Positions 24,331 to 37,559 of a stretch of 64,000 nt of DNA are shown here, one piece after another (the first letter of the stretch is position 1; every line of letters begins with the position of its first letter). Below the pieces are notes generated by a model, which saw nothing but the letters and a program-made list of their open reading frames with translations, was not told where the DNA came from and ran no database searches. Source of the stretch: Epiperipatus broadwayi (lineage: Eukaryota > Animalia > Onychophora); NCBI GenBank assembly GCA_028023455.1, contig JAQFVV010000005.1, positions 10,044,001 to 10,108,000 of the forward strand. The letters are read 5' to 3'. A program made the translations under genes and the position numbers.

Positions 24331-26689
24331 TAGGTAACATAATTGGGATAAGAGAAAAGGAACTTACTACTACTATCTAGTAACATTGTTAACTGAAATT
24401 CTTTAATGTATTGTCATTTCTTAAATTTAAAATAGTTATTATTATTTCAATATTTTTATGTTTAATATATTTAGAAACCATTAAAAGTTGTTGATATTTT
24501 GAATCCACAGTAATTTTCAATGCTATTTTTATCATATGTTCATTATATCTTGTTTTAAGTGTGCATGTGTTTGTAAACAAAGTTTACCACTTCTCTTATT
24601 TTTTAAACTTCTAGTGGCATTTATTTTTGATATGCAGGCATCAATTTTTTCTTATGAGTTCATTCTCAGTTTTATCACAATGACATATGTAGATAAAAAT
24701 ATATCTTGTTTTTTTTTTCTGTTTGATTTGTGATAGTATCTCTAAAAAAGCCCTAATATATTGTAAAATATTTGAAACTGCTTGCATATTTAACATTTTA
24801 TATTTAAAGCAAATTTATAGAAATTTTTTATTGTAAGGAAATCAGCCTTAAAAAAATAAAACATAAATAAGATTAATTTAAAATCATTAAAAATACATTT
24901 GTTTATACAAATTGTTTAATAATGCTCATATTTATTGACATTTTTTTTTAGGTTGAGTATCTTCACATCTACAACTCAAAATGCTTAAGATTATTGTGAT
25001 GGCTTTATGATGGAAGCTGTATTACAGATAATAATTTATCATGATAACTCATTATAATTTTCTGCAAGAAATATGACAAACTAGAAGCTAATTTCTGAAT
25101 ACTACTCATCTTAAATGTCTTCATTTTAGCAAAAGAATAATAAATGCACTTTAAACAATCAATTTTTAAATCAATATTTTCATTCACAGAAATAAATTAT
25201 TTTCCAATGATAATTTTATAGTTTTTGGAAGGAATAAGCAAATGATTGTTGTATCAAGGATTGTTATTGTTAAAGTGAATATAAGAACTAGTTCTATTAA
25301 AAAAAGCATTGGAAATTTTATCTAATAATGTAATCTGTCTTAAATCTAAAAATATCTATAAATGGAATTAGGTAATTTTATAATACGAATTTTAGTTCAT
25401 ATATATATATCTTTATTGCTGAGAATTTTTTAAACTTACAATGATTATAAATATTTTATATATGTTAAATTATTTATATGAAATCAATTGCATTTGTGAA
25501 ATTGATAATTTTTATAGCTAAAATAAGTTGAAAATAAAAATAGATATTGCAATCTGTGTGTTGATATATATAAAGAATAACAGAGTTAATTTGTATTTGA
25601 ACAAATAATTAAATCACTCAACTTGTCATATTTTCCAAAAATCTATTTTAAAGAAATATTTTTTATCAAATTATAAAATGATTTCTTTCTATTGTAAAGT
25701 GATTTCATGAGTAAACAGTTTTATTAAACTGTAAAAGTGTTTTTTTTTTTCTTAATTTAAAAAAAAAATTTTTTTTTAGCTAGACAAGTTACATTACAAT
25801 AATAAAATTTTATGTGGGCTAGAATGATTTTAAAACTACGACTATTATTGACATTGTTTAATAGTAAAAATTAATATAAATTTACTTCTTACAAAGATTA
25901 TTTATGATATTCGTGATTTTAGTATTATCATAGGTTATGATATGTTGGTCAATTTATTTTTAAGAATAAGTAATTCATTCTTGAAGTAAATAAAACATTA
26001 TTTATTTTGTGCATTAATAAATCTGCCAATATTTTAAGAATAATTATTGTGTAGATTAAAAACAAAAATTTGTTGTAATCGTTTTCTAGTAGAATTTCAA
26101 ATAGCTTGTCGTTTAATCAGAAATAACATAAAAAAGATTTTATTTAAAAAGAAAAACATTCTGGTGGTATTTTTTTTATTATAAAAATCAGCAAATTTAT
26201 AGTTTTTTCCCCATACACTCATAATTTTTTTTAAGCTTATAAATTATCTTCTACCTCTTTTTTTTTTTCATTTTCCAATATTACATAGATAGTTTACTAT
26301 GAAGTATGTGCTAAATCTAGCTTTTTAAGGAATATTTTATTTTCTTATTAAAAACTTTACATTGCTAATTTTATTTATCCAATTTGTTTTTTTAAAAAAC
26401 TCATCTTTCTTTCCAATTGTTGAAAACAGAAGTTTGAAATTGTACTATAGATTAAATATAACATTGAACAAGTATTTTCTTAAAGAGTATTTTTAATTGA
26501 TTTTGTATTTAAAGAACAAAATCACTATAAATTCCTTTATTTATGTAAAATCAAGAAGGAAAACATCCTGAAACTATATATGTCAGTGAATTATTAAGAT
26601 GTTTTAAGATAAATAAGAATGTTTTAACAACAACAAAAAACTTATTAAAAAATCAAATACATAATTCAAATTGGTCAAACTAATTGAAT

Positions 26690-26777
26690 TAAAATTACAT
26701 AAAATAATAATAAAAAAAAAACTTTCGAGTGTATCTTTTGTGATTTCAAAACTGCTTCAAATTAGAATTTTAAAAAA
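26690..26777 (+). pseudogene. Decayed upstream zinc-finger repeats (in-frame stop and frameshift)
   Basis: In frame with the ORF: TFECIFCDFKTASN*NFKK|MHEKKY (TAG at 26763-65). Further upstream, 'ELKLHKII' lies one frame off across an A-run. Confidence 0.7.
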
Positions 26778-28490
26778 ATGCATGAAAAAAAATATGCTGG
26801 GAAAAAAATTTTTCATTGTAGTTTATGTGATTACAAGACAGTTTTAAAACATAATTTAAAACTTCATAGAGTTATACACACAGGAGAAAAGCCTTTTCAA
26901 TGCAACTTTTGTAACTTCACAACAGCATGGAGAAATACTTTAAAAATACATGAGCAATCCCATATAGGAGAAAAACCATTCCAGTGCAACTTGTGTGATT
27001 ATAAGGCAGTCATTAAAAGTCGCATGAAAGTCCATGAAAGAATACACATAGAAGAAAAACCTTTTCATTGTAGATTTTGTACCTATAAAAGTTGTCGGAA
27101 AAGTAGTTTAATGATACATGAGAAAATACATACAGGTGATAAACCATATCACTGTAATTTGTGTGACTACAGAAGTATAGACAAAAAATCATTAAAAATT
27201 CATGGAAGTTTGCATACAGGTGAAAAACCCTTTCAATGTAATAAGTGCAATTATAAAACTGCTGCAAAAAGTTATTTAAAGGCACATGAAAGGATACATA
27301 CAGGAGAAAAACCATTTCAGTGCAGGTATTGCAATTATAAGTCTGCTGTTAAAAGGAATGTAATAATTCACAATGCAGTACATACTGGAGAAAATCCATT
27401 TCATTGCAGCACATGTGATTATAAATCAGCTGATAAACATAGGCTTAAACTACATGAGCAATTACATACAGGAGAACAACCTTTCAAATGCAGTTTGTGT
27501 GATTATAAGACTTCTGCTAAAATTAAATTGATAAGGCATGAAAGAAAACATACAGGGGAGAAACCTTTTCAATGTAACTTGTGTGATTATAAAGCTGCAG
27601 CAAGCTTTAGTCTAAAAATGCATAAAGCAAAACATACAGGAGAAAATCCTTTTCATTGTAGATTTTGTAATTATAAGACTGTTGATAAAACAAGATTAAA
27701 AGTACATGAGGTAATACATACAAGAGAAAAACCATTCCGGTGCAACAATTGTGATTATAAAACAGCTTTTAAAAAAAAATTAGAAGTACATCAAAGTTAC
27801 CATACAGGTGAACAACGTTACAAATGTAGATGGTGTGAATATAAGACTGCTATAAAAACTTATATAAATGATCATGAAAGAACACATACAGGAGACAAAC
27901 CCTTTCACTGCAGCTTGTGTGGTTATAAGTGTATTAGAAAAAGCAGTTTAAAACGGCATGAACAAATACATGCAAAAGAAAAGTCTTTTCTTTATAATAT
28001 GTGTGATTTGAAAACTATTAAAAGTAAGTTTAAAAGCCATGAAGGATTATATTCAGAAGACAAAGCTTTTCATTGCAATTTGTGTGGCTATATAACTTCC
28101 ATAAAAAGCAATTTTAAAATACATGAAACAATTCATATTAGAGAACAAAATATTTTACCCTGTAACTTATATGATTACAAGATTTCTGATGCAAAAAGTT
28201 TTATATTGCCTGAAAAAATGCATATAGAAGAAAAACTTTTCTGTTGTAGCTTATGTAAAAAAGATCCTCATAGTTCTATGGTAAGCATTAAGAAATGCAG
28301 TCATCTGAAACAGTTGCAGAAGCCTAATCAAAATAAAGACATAATCAAATATTTACAGAACTTTCCCAGTGCTGAAGTTTTCAAATGTCGTATGTGTGAT
28401 TATAAAAACTCCATGAAATGTGTGGTAGAAGAACATGAAGCTAATCATTTCATGAGACATGAAACTATAGAGATTATCTTACAGTTGTGA
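26778..28490 (+). CDS. Tandem C2H2 (Kruppel-type) zinc-finger protein, 16 canonical plus 3 degenerate fingers
   Basis: 570-aa ORF with repeated F/Y-x-C-x2-C-x12-H-x3-H and TGEKP-like linkers. No KRAB/ZAD/BTB domain is recognisable in this exon. AATAAA at ~28881. The true start may lie in an upstream exon. Confidence 0.95.
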   Translation: MHEKKYAGKKIFHCSLCDYKTVLKHNLKLHRVIHTGEKPFQCNFCNFTTAWRNTLKIHEQSHIGEKPFQCNLCDYKAVIKSRMKVHERIHIEEKPFHCRFCTYKSCRKSSLMIHEKIHTGDKPYHCNLCDYRSIDKKSLKIHGSLHTGEKPFQCNKCNYKTAAKSYLKAHERIHTGEKPFQCRYCNYKSAVKRNVIIHNAVHTGENPFHCSTCDYKSADKHRLKLHEQLHTGEQPFKCSLCDYKTSAKIKLIRHERKHTGEKPFQCNLCDYKAAASFSLKMHKAKHTGENPFHCRFCNYKTVDKTRLKVHEVIHTREKPFRCNNCDYKTAFKKKLEVHQSYHTGEQRYKCRWCEYKTAIKTYINDHERTHTGDKPFHCSLCGYKCIRKSSLKRHEQIHAKEKSFLYNMCDLKTIKSKFKSHEGLYSEDKAFHCNLCGYITSIKSNFKIHETIHIREQNILPCNLYDYKISDAKSFILPEKMHIEEKLFCCSLCKKDPHSSMVSIKKCSHLKQLQKPNQNKDIIKYLQNFPSAEVFKCRMCDYKNSMKCVVEEHEANHFMRHETIEIILQL

Positions 28491-30576
28491 TAATCTAATT
28501 TTGCTAAAATTTGTTTAATTTAATGTGTTCAAATTTATTAGTGCAAGTAGTAAAGTATTTTAAACAAAAAGAAAGGTTTAAGATATTGATTTATCCGCTA
28601 CTATTAGTAAAACTAATTTTAGTTAGAAAAGAAATTTATCAATAAGTTGAAATTTCTGATTTAACTAACTCTATGCTAAATAGTTAAATTAGATCAGAAT
28701 CAATTTTTCATTCTACTCCAGTGTTACCATCTATTGCAAGTTAAAATAAGCAATACATAGTAGTTGATAGCACTATTTTATTCATATTTTCAGTCTTCTG
28801 TACAAAGTAATAACCTATTCTTCTATATGCATTGATGAAATAAAAAATAAATCTATCTTTTTTTATTACTGATTAATTTTAATAAAATAAACATTGTAAC
28901 AGTAATAAGTAGATTTGTTTGATACTTTATATTCTGTGAGCTGAAGTGGATCATGGCCAACAACATGTAGAAGATTGTAATATATTATTGTGAATGTCAT
29001 TTTTCATTTATTGAAATGGATACCATATTATAATACCAATGGATGTTAATTATGATGCTCATGTTGCATAAACCAATATTTAGATATTGATATTAGACAT
29101 TGGTCTTTTCATCTTTTTATTATTAGATTAATCATGCTCAGTATAATGAAATTTATCCTTCATAAAATGTTTTGCTTAAATAATTAAACTACATTTTACA
29201 TTCTAGTTGGAAAATATACCTAACTCCCTAAAATACATTTTTAAAAATTTAAGTAGATATGACAACTTTAAAAAAGCTTATTACCAAAGAAAAATATTGG
29301 GAAAAGGCCAATTATTATTATTATATGTTATGAATTTTTAACAATTTCCCAATCTTTTATTCTAGATCAGAATATCTCTACTTGATTTATAGTCCATTTT
29401 TATCTAGTTAACTGTGTAGATCATAAACTAGTTGACTGAAAGAAAAATAGCATGCCAGTTTACAATTGGGAAAAAATTCCAACTTTTATCTGGTCTAACT
29501 TCAAACTTAAATAGATATATGATGAACATTATTCTGAAACTTTTGATTTTTGGCGATATTTGTATTTTGAAATTATAATAATTTGAGTAAGTCAATGAAA
29601 TAATTTTCAAAAGAGAAAATTTATAAAAACTATTCCTATATCTTGCTTTAAAAATATTTTAAAATAATATAAAATTTAAACAGTATTATTACAAAAAAAA
29701 ATAAAGGAAATTAGTTTTTCAAATATTTAGTTATTACTTAAAAAAAGATTACTAAAGAAATCATATAAAAAATTATAATTAGTTGATTTATGAAAGAATT
29801 TTTGATTTATGTAAGTAGTAGAAAATAAGATAATGAAAATTGTCTTTTTATCAGTACTGGATGTACATACATTCAACTGTAACTGGTTTTTAATTGATTT
29901 ACAGTTTTTGTGTAGCATTGTTTTAAAGATCAACAGTTAGTATAGAATTGAAAAGTTTTAGTTTTTATATTTCTTACATAGTGGAGCATTAATAATCTAA
30001 ATTCCCCTGATTTTTTTATGACTGCATTTCTCTGTACAAAATAGCACTCTGTACTTTCTTTTTAAGCCTTATGATGGGGTAAAAATAACCAGATATTTTG
30101 TCTCTGTTTTTCTGTTGTTTTTTTTATTTGAGTATAAATGGTAAACTTTTTACCTCATTACATCATCAAAAGATTTTATTTTTACTTGAAAAAAAAAGTT
30201 TTTTTTAATTCTATAAGTCATTTTTGATGTTACCTACATCTTTGGCTTTAAATATTTGAAAAAGTTTAAGTTTGAAATCAGAATGAGTGCAAATAATGTC
30301 TTCCTAGCACTACTTGGAACATGTGCTTCTGTTTTTAACTTTAAACTTTCTAGAAAGCATCCATTGAACAAAAAAAAATCTTCATTAATATATCATATCT
30401 GACTTGATTTGTAACAAAATTGTCCCCATCAGACCAATAATTAAAGAAAAACTTAAATAGAAACTCATTTTAATTAATGAGAAAATCTGCTTTGCAATTG
30501 CCTAAAGTGGGGCCGAAGATCAACTAAAATTATTGAACTGTTGCAGCATAACAAAAAGTTTTATCATTTTTGTCAA

Positions 30577-30648
30577 GCGTTGGTGGCCTAGTGGTTAGCA
30601 TAACTGCTTTCCAAGCAACTGGCCCGGGTTCGCTTCCCGGTCAACACA
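30577..30648 (+). tRNA. tRNA-Gly(TCC)-derived pseudogene (retrocopy)
   Basis: GCGTTGGTGGCCTAGTGGTTAGCATAACTGCTTTCCAAGCAACTGGCCCGGGTTCGCTTCCCGGTCAACACA closely matches metazoan tRNA-Gly-TCC. Mismatches in the acceptor and anticodon stems, and A58>C in the B-box, indicate non-function. Flanked by a 19-bp direct repeat. Confidence 0.9.
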
Positions 30649-33600
30649 TTTGACATATGAAAAAAAGTTTTATCATTTTTTCTCAAAATGTTCTTTATTT
30701 GTTTATATCTTTCTATCACAGTCTATTTTATTTTTGATTATTTGCTGGAATGTTTTATCAAGATAATCCAATCATTATTAGATATGAGGTTTTGTTTATC
30801 ATTTAACGTCTTGCAGTCTTTTCAGTGATGGAACTATTTTAAAAAGCTCTGTCTACTGACTATAAGTTATAGTAATTTCAGCTGAAAAGTTCATTTTCTT
30901 TATATTTTTCAATCTTTCATTTATTATGTGTGTCAGGTGATCTCATTATAGTCTTAAGAAGTATCTCTAGTTTGGACTATTAATAATAATCATTACTTAT
31001 AATCCGGCAAGTCTCTCTCAAATAAAAAAAATAATTGAATAATTCTTGATATTTTTTTTTTGCCTGATTTGAGGGATCCTGCATAGATTTGCAAATGAGG
31101 AAAATAAGCAGAGATCATAACATCATCAATTTAATAGAACTTCAGTGTCATCTGATTTCTTGAGCAACTTGGCAGACAGTTTTCTGTATTGCTTGAATTT
31201 TAAAGGAAATGATATTTTATAAAATCAAAAGTTTAATAGTTTTTAAGACAAAAGATACAAAGTTAAATTAGTGATTTTCTGAGAACAGGCCTTTCATGAT
31301 ATGTCATAATCTAGATTGTTTAGTATATTCTAATATACAAAACTATTACCATTTTAATACAAAAACATATGAAACTGAATATACAGTAAATTATAAAAAC
31401 TATCATGATAATAAAACTTAAATATGCTGATATAGTTAATTCACAGCAAACTTTTATATTTTGTAGCATCTTTTGAAATGTTGTTTTTGTACTACTCTTA
31501 TTCACATTCATAAAAAGCTCTTTTTTTAAGGAAAGTAATAAACTGCAATGAGGTAGGAAAAAAGTTATTGCTTCATTACTGTAGTGAAAAAAAGATTTCC
31601 TACTTTAGAAGCAGTATAATAAATCAACTAAATGAATCAGTTACACATGGTGCAGAATAAAGATACTTTAACTAAGACTTTTTAATAATTACATTTTTTG
31701 CTTCTATTAATTATATAGCTTCTCAAACATAAACACTTTCAGATATAAAAATTTACTCAATTACATTAACATTAGCCTTTGCTTAGTGATATTTCCTTTA
31801 GTTTTTGTTTATTCAAATGTATTGAATAGTCATGATTAAATAGAATAGTTTAATTCTTATTCATAGAATAACCCATTTCTAAAGTCAACTTTATGAAAAA
31901 CAGTCCTGTAGTAGAGCCACCATTTTGTATAATATTGTGTTGCAGATTGCAATATTAAATGATTTTTATTTTCTAATTGTTTTAATTAGTACCTGATTAG
32001 TAGATATCTTTTTATGTGATGCCACCTGAATTGGCAATTTTGAAAATCACTTTATGATGTTGGATTTTCTTTCTGATTCTTGAACCCATACTGTTTTCAA
32101 AATAATTATTCAATATGTATTCATTAATCTAGCCATATTTTGTTTATTTTATATTAACTGATCATATATATCTATTGTTCTACTAATTTTATTAAATAGT
32201 TGTTTTGTGTGTGTTATTTAGTTATTAAGTAACATGTTATCTGTATCAATGGTTTATTACTACAAAAACTGGTTCTATATATTGAGTTATACAAAAATAT
32301 CTTTTTTTCACAAATGATTGTTATTATAAAAAGTGGATCTTTCTGACTGTTTATTTAATATATTTTAATTGAAAAACTAATTCACTATTTAGATTTATTG
32401 TATTTTTATTTTCATATTTATGTCCAGATTTTGTTATTACAAATTAATTTTGTAATATCTCAAGAGTTTAATAAAATATATCTTTTATGGCTTGTGATTA
32501 TTTTTGTGAGTATTTCAGTTCAACATTCCATAAATATGTCAGGATTATTGGTAAAATAATACACCTATTAACACACACTTAGAAACTTTTTGAATATAAT
32601 AATAAATCTTTATAATGTTAGCAGTGTAGATGAACTTTCACACAGATGTCAATACTTGGATATGTTTTACAAAAATGAACATTGGATACAATTATATTTA
32701 TGATAATGAATTGAATGGTGTGTAGTAATATCTCTAAGCTTATCTTTCAAAAGCTATAAAAATTGCTATTTAATTGAGTTTTAGAAACAAATATAACATC
32801 CTAGAGTGCACATCACACACATTGAACTGCTACTTTGAAAACAATATACAGATTGGATTTTATTTACTGAAGAAAAATTTTTCTTGAATGACTGAATTGC
32901 TAATATATGTTACCATATAAATTACAAATTTTATAAACTATATAGCAATCAAGAATCACTCTAAGCCCATGACCAAGGTTTGAATCCAGCCTGGATAGTA
33001 AAACTTAAAATTTTTATCAGATTTTAATTAGACTTAAGATTTTTTTCTTTTCAGATAGCCAACCTGCACAACTAACCAATATTGAATGGTAAATTAATAT
33101 CATGTTCTCATCACCTGGCAATTCATAAGCTAAATAGTAATGGCCCTCTTCACTACCAGAAGAATGATGATGAAAGTTTGTGTCATGTGAACTATTAAAG
33201 ACTGTTTACTTTTCTCATACTAGTTGGATATAAACATCTATAATATCAATTCTTATGTATGAAAAATGATTAAAAATTTGTAAAAGGAGCCAAAATAATA
33301 AAACTTAAATATACAAATTTATAAAGGATATATGTGAAAAAGTCAATTATGTTATTTCTTTACAAAAAACAGTCTTTCAAAAATCTGCTTGGATATCAGT
33401 AAGATGGATATACACAGTGCTTGAGTTTGTACATTTTTCTGTTGTAATAAACTGTATGGAATATCAATTTTAATGGAATGTGCACCAAACTCAAGAAAAT
33501 TTATGGTATTTTTTTTTCATAGCTATACTTTAACTGTTGCTATTGTGAAAAATAATACTAAATTATTAAACAAATGGTTTTTATGGCTTGAAAGTATTTT

Positions 33601-35581
33601 ATAAAAAAAATATATTAAACTTTAACAGTTTAGCATTTCTTTCAATGTATTAGATAAAGCTATTCGTTTATCAAACAATAAACAGAGAGTTCTTCACTTC
33701 TACATTGCAAAATTACTACCATTTCAGTTGAAATATCAATGCATTGATATTTGTTATTGAAATGGACTTATTTTATCAACCAAAACATCTTTTAAAATGT
33801 TTGCACTTTTTCAAAATTTCTTATCTAAAAATGATTTCCTTTTTTGTAATTACAACATAATTTACTTTTGATTATGTTAAAATAGTTGTCGAACTGGTAA
33901 ACTACATATTTTCTGAATCATTAATTCATGTTTAAAAACAGCCAACTTATATTTTGCTAATTTTGGAGAGAATTTCATCTACTTGCTATATTTTATTTAA
34001 TCTTTTCTAGCCCCATAGTCTTATTTTAATATTAAACAAATAGCTGTATTTTTTAATTACATTCATTAAGTGTTTAAAAAACTATTGAGTTTTATACAAA
34101 GAATTCCAGTTATATTATGAAATTTTTTTAAATGGGTTTATTAAAGGTTAAAAGATGTAATTATTTTATAGGCAAATTTAATAATGGATATACCTACACT
34201 TCTTATTTAATTATTTTCTGCTACAAATATGTTTTAATGCATATATGTGAAATCACATGCAATTATATCATGATAAAACCTCATTTATTATTGAGTTAAT
34301 ATGGACATGCATTTGACAGTCTTGATCATTGCATATATTGTTTAACGATGATTAATTATTAAGTATCCATTAAATGTTTCCATTCATTTGATTCTTGTAC
34401 ATAAGTTACATTATATTGAAGGTATTTAACCATGAGATATGCATGAGAGTGAACATACCCATTAAACTATTTGTTATATAAAATTTAATTTTCACATCTA
34501 TGTAGAACTTACATTGAAACATCTATGCAACTATAACAGAATCCATATTTTGAAAACATTAAATTTCACAACTACAATGATAATTTAGTTATATCAACAG
34601 TATATCATATTTAGTCATAACAATGCTTTTATAATAGATTCACTAATATTGATTATGAAAGAATAACTATAAAGATCAATTAATTTGTCTTACAGTTAAT
34701 AAATATAAGATAATTACTATTTGCATATCATCTCCCAGAATATTGACCTTGAAAATTTGGTGAAATCAATTTTGTATTCTATTGTAAAGAAATAAATTAT
34801 TATATATATTTAGATGTGATTTATATTGATAATGTTATAGCTAATTATTAAGTAAACAGTGCTCATATCACCAAACTGAGCAGCATAACTAAATTTCAGT
34901 GGGCTTGGCAAGTTTAGAAATGGAGCAGTGTAATGCGAATTATAGAAAGAGAACTGATGTCAAGAGTAAAGTGAGATATTTTATGAAATTCATAGTTTAC
35001 CATTATAATTACATGTAACTTTATGAATAATACTATATAAGTATGGAGAGAGAAACTCATGTATTTCATCATTCTAATATTATTCCAAGTGTGCATGCTT
35101 CTTAGTGGAGCCAAGATTATAGGTACTGATAACATCCAGGGATCGCACAGGCATATTTGCAAATGTTGAAAGTCTTTTATTTTTTAAATATTGATGAAAT
35201 TTATATATTTTTGAAAAAAAAGTACTCAATCAGAAGGATTTTTTAAAAATATACTACATTCCCGCCGTCTGCCATTTTTTATTTTGGTTTATTTCATAGG
35301 CTTCGTTAATTTTTTTGAGATTTAGTATTATAGTTTTTGTTTAATTTCATAGGCTTTTATTATAGTTTTTTTTTTTTATTTCAAAGGCTTTTGAAAATAG
35401 TATTCATGATTTTTTGGTTTTTGTAATTTGTATTTGACTTATTTTTGATCAAATTCTTCATGCGGGTGTGTGTTGCGTTTGACGTATTTCACCGATTTCT
35501 GTTTTGGTAATTTGAATTTTATAGCATCTTTATTCAATTTCTTTTTGATTTCTATTTTAGAAGGATTTGTTTGATTTCTTT

Positions 35582-35810
35582 GCCTTGGGCATTTTAATTT
35601 CCGATTTCTTGCTTTAGGCATTTTAATTTGGCATCAATTTCAATGATTTTTGGATAGAAATTTATGGGGGGGGGGTTTGAAGGTTTGTTCGATTTGTTTG
35701 CCTTAGGTGTTTTAATTTTCCCAATTTTTTGCCTCGGGTATTTTAATTTTACACTAATTTCAGCAATTTTTGCATTTTAATTTTACATCGATTTTTGGAT
35801 AGAAATTTAT
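35582..35810. repeat. Cluster of ~5 copies of GCCTTRGGYATTTTAATTT plus two copies of TTTTTGGATAGAAATTTAT
   Basis: Copies start at 35582, 35611, 35700, 35731 and ~35771 (partial), within a CpG-containing patch (35240-35820). Confidence 0.8.
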
Positions 35811-37559
35811 CGCTTGCAGGGTTCTTGATGGTACTGCAGCATTACTTATTGGCCACAGTACATTTAACCAACCAGTACCAGATTATAAATCATAATATCC
35901 AGAATTTGAAAGAATCCACATTTGAACAAGCACTATCATATGTTGAAAATTCAATTCAAATTCAAGCTATGTGATTAGTAATATGTTTTAAATTTTAAAG
36001 AACTTCAAACCATGCATACATCACATATATGGATTTGCTTATTGGATACACCATTACCTTATATGCATGAAAAAATTATAACTTTTATATTTATATATAA
36101 AATACAAATAGATAATATATATTTAAACAAATATACCAGACACATGTAGAAATATAGAATAATTAAATATCCAATCAATGCTATTATATTTACAAACCTC
36201 CAGTGGGAAATAGTTAACTACTACAATATACTTTTAATATGAAATAGATCCAATTTTTTTTATTTGTGAATATATATGTAATAAAAATGCATTGAAAAGA
36301 TATGTTTTTAATTTAGAACCATAGACAATTAGGAGATTAATGAGACAAAAATGCAAAGAAAATTGATTTTACATAATGACTTGGGAATTGTATTTATTAA
36401 TATATGGTATATTCATTTTTATTTATGATATACCTTGCCTTTCTTTTATTTCTGTATTGATATTTTTGAAAAAGTTTTGTTTTCTGTAGTTAGTGATAGT
36501 TGTTTTTTTAATCCCATTAAATGTCACATTGCTAATAGAAATGGAACGAAAACATTTATTTTGCATTCTGCTTTTTTACTTTTTATATTTTGTAAAATAT
36601 AAATTAATGGAAAATTTATTATTTCTATTTTTTATATTTTGTTGCAATCTGTTTCAAATAAATTTTTTATAGATTAATTTTAAAAATGATATTTACATAA
36701 TAGTTTTATTTTTACACCTAGAATAATACATTTTATTAGTTATGACATAACTCCAGACTCCATTATAAAAATGTTTTTTGACATCGATTGTTATAATTAT
36801 AAAATTTCACTTGACACAATTTTTTTTTTGGAAGCTTCACAAAAAATTAAATCTATACAGATGACAAATAAATATATTAATATAAAAAGTATAATAAATA
36901 ATAAAAATGTCAATTAAATGTATGTATCATTAGAACAAAGATGATCCAAAACTCCATTTGTCCTTTAAACAAAAACCATTATTATTACATTTAAACTAAA
37001 GAATAAGAGTGTTATTAAAAGTGAGATAGTGTCTTTATTCTGTATATAATTAGGCATAATTTTGTAATTATTTGTGCCATATTTACATGTGGCATCATTA
37101 TTAATTCCACTCTAAAATTTCACCATATTTAGCAATTTTAGCTTTATTTATATCAAATAGCTTAAAGAATAAACAGATAGTATTTAGTTTAGGCCTGCTA
37201 TATTTTCTGATTTGTTAAACATAATGTAGTGAATTTGCTTAATTATTTTATGGCTAAATAGAGTTTGGTCATCTCTATTTGCATATAAATTTAATTGCAT
37301 GTGAATTTATTATTTAATATTTGAAAATTAATGCACAAATTGATAAAAAGAAACTTTTAATCATCTATCTAATGAGATATAATTTATATTTGATTATGCC
37401 ATATTTACATCTGTCATTAGAATTATACTGCAAAATTTTGATACAGTTGGAAAAATTATCTTTATTTAATTAAAAAGCTTAAAAAATAAATGAATTGCTT
37501 AGACTGCTCTATTAACTATGCAATTTTGTAATTTTATGAATTTTTAATAGCCACTAAAC

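Noticed and set aside
27013-27315. 100-aa ORF antisense to the ZF gene
   Set aside because: Shadow ORF of the repetitive sense codons, with no recognisable product.
32940-33000. GGTTTGAATCC B-box-like motif suggesting a tRNA or SINE
   Set aside because: No convincing A-box, cloverleaf or TSD.
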